Shown one piece after another: positions 60,044-64,000 of a stretch of DNA of 64,000 bases. Each line of letters opens with the position of its first letter. Within the stretch, counting starts at the first letter, position 1. The DNA is from an uncultured Verrucomicrobiae bacterium (lineage in GTDB: Bacteria > Verrucomicrobiota > Verrucomicrobiia > Limisphaerales > UBA11358), in assembly GCA_963755455.1 (NCBI GenBank), contig CAVWJH010000004.1:18076-82075 (forward strand). Direction: 5' to 3'. The notes beneath the pieces are model-generated. The model saw only the letters and a list, made by a program, of their open reading frames with translations. It was not told the origin of the DNA and searched no databases. Made by a program: the position numbers and the translations under genes.

Positions 60044-61703
60044 GAGGCTGTGTGAAAACGCTGACATTGTTGAAACCTTTACGCCGGTGGATGGTCTTAA
60101 TCAAGCATGAAACATCGCGCCGGCCTGGATCGCTCTCAAACACTGCTCTTCCCGGAACGGCTTGAGGATTACATCGGGCCTGAAAATCCCGTGCGCTTCC
60201 TCGACGCCTTCGTCGGGTCGCTGGATATGCACGCGCTGGGTTTTGACAAGGCCCGTTGCGCGGACACCGGGCGTCCGCCTTATGATCCGGGGGCGCTGCT
60301 CAAACTTTATCTCTACGGGTATCTGCATCGCGTCCGCTCGTCCCGGTCACTGGAAGCCGAGTGCCACCGCAACGTGGAGGTGATCTGGCTCACCGGCAAA
60401 CAGACGCCCGACTTCAAGACCATTGCCGACTTCCGCAAAGACAATCTCCAGCCGCTCAAGGCCGTGGCGCGGCAGTTCACCTTGTTGTGCCGCAAGCTGG
60501 AACTTTTTGGCGGGGAGCTGCTGGCCGTTGACGGCAGCAAGTTCGCGGCGGTCAATGCGCGCGACCAGAACTTCAATGCGGACAAGCTTCAGGATTTGAT
60601 TGCCCGCGCCGATGCCCGGCTGTCCGGGTATTTGAAAGAACTGGACACGGCGGACGCGGCGGAACCGGGCGGCGTGGCCCCCAGCAAAGGTGATCTGACT
60701 GCCAAGATTGCCGCGCTCCAAGACCGGCAGGACTGGCACAAGGAACTGCTGGCGCAACTGGATGCGGAGCACAAGCAGATCAGCGTGACCGACCCGGACA
60801 CGCGCAAGATGCCCGCGGCGCACGGGACAATCGTGGGCTACAACGCGCAGATGGCCGTGGATGCCAAACACAAGCTCATCGCGGCGGCGGACGTGACCAA
60901 CGAGGGGACGGACTGCCAGCAACTGGCCAATGTCGCTTTGGAGGCCAAGGCCAATCTGGAACTGGCCAAAATGGAAGTGGTGGCGGATGCGGGTTATTAC
61001 AACACGGCGGAAGTGGGCCGGTGCGTGGAACAGGGAATCACGCCTTACCTTCCGAAAGCGGACACCAGCGCGAACACGGCGTGCGGCCTGTATGGCAAAA
61101 GCCGGTTCCAGTATGACGCCACCAAGGATGTCTATGTCTGTCCGGCGGGCGACACACTAACCTATCGTTTTCCCACCTTTGAAAAAGGCCGGGAGATCAG
61201 ATACTACCGCACCAATGCCTGCAACACCTGCGCGTTGAAAAGCCGCTGCACCCGGAACAAAGGCAGCCGGACGATCACGCGGGAGGAGAACGAACATTTG
61301 ATGGAAGCGATGGCCGCACGGATGAAACAACAGCCGGGGAAGTTCAAATTGCGCAAGACGCTGGCCGAACATCCTTTTGGGACGATCAAGCGGTGGTTTG
61401 GCTACACCCACTTCCTGCTCAAGGGACTGGAGAAGGTGCGGTGCGAATGGAGCCTGACCACGCTGGCCTACAACCTCAAACGCGTGCTGAACCTCGTGAG
61501 GTTCGAGACATTGATGGCGGCGGTGGCTTAAAAAGCCCGGCGGAGACGCCTGCCCTCGAAAAAAGCGGCCCGTTCCATCCCATACACCGGATCATTCACC
61601 TTATTGCCCGATGCCCGCCTTCAACCCGCCGGGTTAAATAACCCCACTTTCCAACCTGCCAACTTACTTCACAACTCCGGCCCAATAGTTTTAACACAGC
61701 CTC
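60044..61703 (+). mobile_element. IS1182-family insertion sequence
   Basis: TIRs GAGGCTGTGT(G/T)AAAAC; 4-bp TSD GCGA at 60040-60043 and 61704-61707. Confidence 0.92.
60107..61531 (+). CDS. IS1182 transposase
   Basis: GRPPYDP, PDFKTIADFR, VDGSK, ADAGY, EHPFG.IK. Confidence 0.93.
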   Translation: MKHRAGLDRSQTLLFPERLEDYIGPENPVRFLDAFVGSLDMHALGFDKARCADTGRPPYDPGALLKLYLYGYLHRVRSSRSLEAECHRNVEVIWLTGKQTPDFKTIADFRKDNLQPLKAVARQFTLLCRKLELFGGELLAVDGSKFAAVNARDQNFNADKLQDLIARADARLSGYLKELDTADAAEPGGVAPSKGDLTAKIAALQDRQDWHKELLAQLDAEHKQISVTDPDTRKMPAAHGTIVGYNAQMAVDAKHKLIAAADVTNEGTDCQQLANVALEAKANLELAKMEVVADAGYYNTAEVGRCVEQGITPYLPKADTSANTACGLYGKSRFQYDATKDVYVCPAGDTLTYRFPTFEKGREIRYYRTNACNTCALKSRCTRNKGSRTITREENEHLMEAMAARMKQQPGKFKLRKTLAEHPFGTIKRWFGYTHFLLKGLEKVRCEWSLTTLAYNLKRVLNLVRFETLMAAVA

Positions 61704-61742
61704 GCGACTGGTTAGGCCACATGTTAATAGTAATGACGTGCT

Positions 61743-62297
61743 TTAACTCCACAGCAAAGGTTCCTCTAGCATCCGCACGACGCCAGCAACGGCAAAGAAA
61801 ACCAAAATGACCGTTATGCACAACTTCCGCAGGTTTTCATCGTCAGCCCATGCGGGGAGATTAAGCATACGAACTGCAAACGGCGAGGCCAGCAACAATG
61901 CTAGTCCGCCGTGGATGAAAGCTCCAAGCACGATGTATGGCACATCAAAGCTAATTTCGCTTCTGTAAAACAAAACATCTTCGTTAATGATTGGTGGCAC
62001 CAAACGGAAGACCGCCGCTGCCCAAAGCCCAAAGCGGAGGCAAAGATGTATGTCCGTCCAGCGCTTCAATGCACCTTCGTGCAAGGCAAATCCTAATGCC
62101 ACCAACGCCGCCAGCAGTGCATCCACCACTAATACTCCCGGACTGCGGAGGTCGTTTGGACTGTGGTAATGAATGCTCCGATACGAGTCAATCGCTGCAA
62201 ACACGAACGCTGCGGCAGCCAATACCCAGCCGGTAGCAATCCATGACGGCTCATTATCGCCGAATCGCTTCCAGAATTGTGCGCGTAAAAGTGACAT
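61743..62297 (-). CDS. Hypothetical membrane protein (cassette gene)
   Basis: About five hydrophobic segments; ends just before the attC. Confidence 0.65.
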   Translation of the reverse strand: MSLLRAQFWKRFGDNEPSWIATGWVLAAAAFVFAAIDSYRSIHYHSPNDLRSPGVLVVDALLAALVALGFALHEGALKRWTDIHLCLRFGLWAAAVFRLVPPIINEDVLFYRSEISFDVPYIVLGAFIHGGLALLLASPFAVRMLNLPAWADDENLRKLCITVILVFFAVAGVVRMLEEPLLWS

Positions 62298-62311
62298 GAC
62301 GCGAGGGCAAG

Positions 62312-62770
62312 CTATTGGCCAACGCGGTCAGCCTCCCAATCTTTGGTGCCGAATTGTCTGTCGCCTACGGCAGTTTCCACTGTGCCCTTGATTGTATCGC
62401 CACTGATTTTGCCGCTGTATGTGTTTATGGCCTGTCCTGCTTTGCCTTCACGGATTGTCTGAAATGAGACTCCATCGCCTCTAACTACGCCGTTAGTGAT
62501 GGCATCCGTGGTGTTTTTCATGTTGACCGTGCCCGTCACCGTCTCCCCTTGGAGATTCAGAGTAAAGGTTATGTCCGGGGTCTTGCCGTCCGGGTTTGTG
62601 GGCGCTATCCATTTCCAAGTCCCGGTGAAGTTGGCGGCTTTCGCCGCTGATTCTGCGTTGCTCTGCTCGTTTGCTGGCGATAAAGCTGTGCCAGACGAGC
62701 CGCTCTGTTTGCCGCAACCCACTAAAAGAATAGTGGCTGCCGTGACTATGCTGATGGTTTGTATTTTCAT
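62312..62770 (-). CDS. Hypothetical lipoprotein (cassette gene)
   Basis: LVGC lipobox; NFTGTWKW beta-rich domain. Confidence 0.75.
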   Translation of the reverse strand: MKIQTISIVTAATILLVGCGKQSGSSGTALSPANEQSNAESAAKAANFTGTWKWIAPTNPDGKTPDITFTLNLQGETVTGTVNMKNTTDAITNGVVRGDGVSFQTIREGKAGQAINTYSGKISGDTIKGTVETAVGDRQFGTKDWEADRVGQ

Positions 62771-62973
62771 GAAACAGTAAACGGTAATGTGGCCTAAAAC
62801 TGAATGGACACCGCGTTTTGCAGCCTATCCAATTTCATCCATCATTAAATTTTTGAAGTGACTGTTTGTCAAGCATAAAGATTTCCTAATTATGACGCCC
62901 AATATGCCGCCAGCAAAGCCTGCAAAAATCCTTCTCGCCAAACCGCCTTGTTTTTCCGATGCTATGGCGGTTT

Positions 62974-63853
62974 ATGTTCACGGGAACTTATACTGCAATT
63001 GTCACGCCGTTCAGAAGCGGCGCGATGGACGAAGCCGCGCTCGAACGGCTGATCAAATTTCAGATCAAGGGCGGCGTGGACGGCATCGTGCCCGTCGGCA
63101 CCACCGGCGAATCGCCCACGGTGGATTGCGAGGAGCACATCCGCATCATCGAACTGTCGGTGAAATTTGCCGCCGGCAAAATCAAGGTGCTCGCCGGCAC
63201 GGGCGCCAACGCGACGAGCGAGGCCATTGAACTGACGCAGGCCGCCGAGAAAGCCGGCGCGGACGGCTCGCTGCAAGTCGCGCCGTATTACAACAAGCCC
63301 ACGCAGGAAGGTTTGTATCAGCATTTCAAGGCCATCGCCCGCGCGACGAAACTGCCCATCGTGCTTTACAGCATTCCGGGCCGTTGCGGCGTGGAAATCG
63401 GCGTGGACACGGTGAAACGGCTCGCGACGGACTGCAAAAACATCGTCGGCATCAAGGAAGCGGGCGGAAGCTGCGACCGCGTTTCGCAATTGCGCGCGGC
63501 GCTCGGCCCGAAATTCACGATTTTGTCCGGCGACGATTCGCTGACGCTGCCGTTCATGTCCGTCGGCGCCAACGGCGTCATCAGCGTGGCGTCCAATGTG
63601 ATTCCGAAAGAAGTTTCGCAGATGGTGAAGGCGTTCGCGCGCGGCAACGCGAAGAAGGCGCATGCAGTTGCACGCGAAATTTTATCCGCTGTTCAAGGAT
63701 TTGTTCATCGAGACGAACCCGACGCCGGTGAAAGCCGCGCTGGCGATGATGAAATTGATCGAGGAAGAATACCGCCTGCCGCTCGTGCCGATGAACCCGA
63801 AAAATTGGGACGCGCTGCGCACGACGCTGAAGCGCTGCGGCGTGCTGGAATAA
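62974..63853 (+). CDS. dapA: 4-hydroxy-tetrahydrodipicolinate synthase (frameshift near 63660)
   Basis: GTTGESPT, PYYNKP, GIKEA, ETNP.PVK. Confidence 0.95.
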
Positions 63854-63941
63854 TTTTTGCCACAGAGGTGCAGAGAACTGAATTTTAGTTTTTGAAAAAC
63901 TCTGTGTCTCTGTGTCTCTGTGACTCTGTGGCTGATTTCAA

Positions 63942-64000
63942 ATGACAAAGTTATCATCACCGGCTCGAAAGGCCGCATGGGCCAGGCGCTCGTCTCGTGC
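63942..64000 (+). CDS. dapB: 4-hydroxy-tetrahydrodipicolinate reductase, 5' fragment
   Basis: MTKVIITGSKGRMG directly after dapA. Confidence 0.75.
   Translation, partial: MTKLSSPARKAAWARRSSR

Larger units (their letters stand above)
59954..61722 (-). other. Integron attC-like site interrupted by IS1182
   Basis: With the IS removed, the minus strand reads GCCTAAC-CAGTCGCCGGAGCCAACC...GGCTCATGCTTTTTAC-GTTAATA (R'' RYYYAAC, R' GTT). Confidence 0.72.

Overview
Bacterial genomic window, probably Verrucomicrobiota (inferred from gene content, protein style and repeat families). 1-10.2 kb is the end of a defence island abutting tRNA-Gly(CCC). It holds type I R-M hsdR, a CapP/CapH-like protease-XRE pair, a divergent four-gene bacterial ubiquitination operon (three-domain Ubl, E2, JAB, E1; Bil-like), and a large serine recombinase with two ParB-like genes. 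The remainder is core genome (glnD, ECF sigma, pckG, P1B ATPase, gcvP, recQ, gyrB/gyrA, pdxH, hisC, pta, aspS, rex, dapA/dapB), with many frameshifts that are probably assembly errors. Accessory inserts are: a minimal type VII-like module (three helical WXG100-like proteins plus an EccC/EssC-like FtsK ATPase), an arabinoxylan-degradation cluster with IS5, TA-like pairs, an ABC-ATPase/TOPRIM-like pair, and a solo integron-type cassette whose attC is split by an IS1182. Two unrelated cargo modules are each bracketed by a 52-bp, 46/52-identical copy of the 3' end of the upstream core gene, starting 5 bp after the cargo stop codon. REP/REPIN elements, a MITE and short-repeat palindromes are abundant, some of them in-frame inside recQ.
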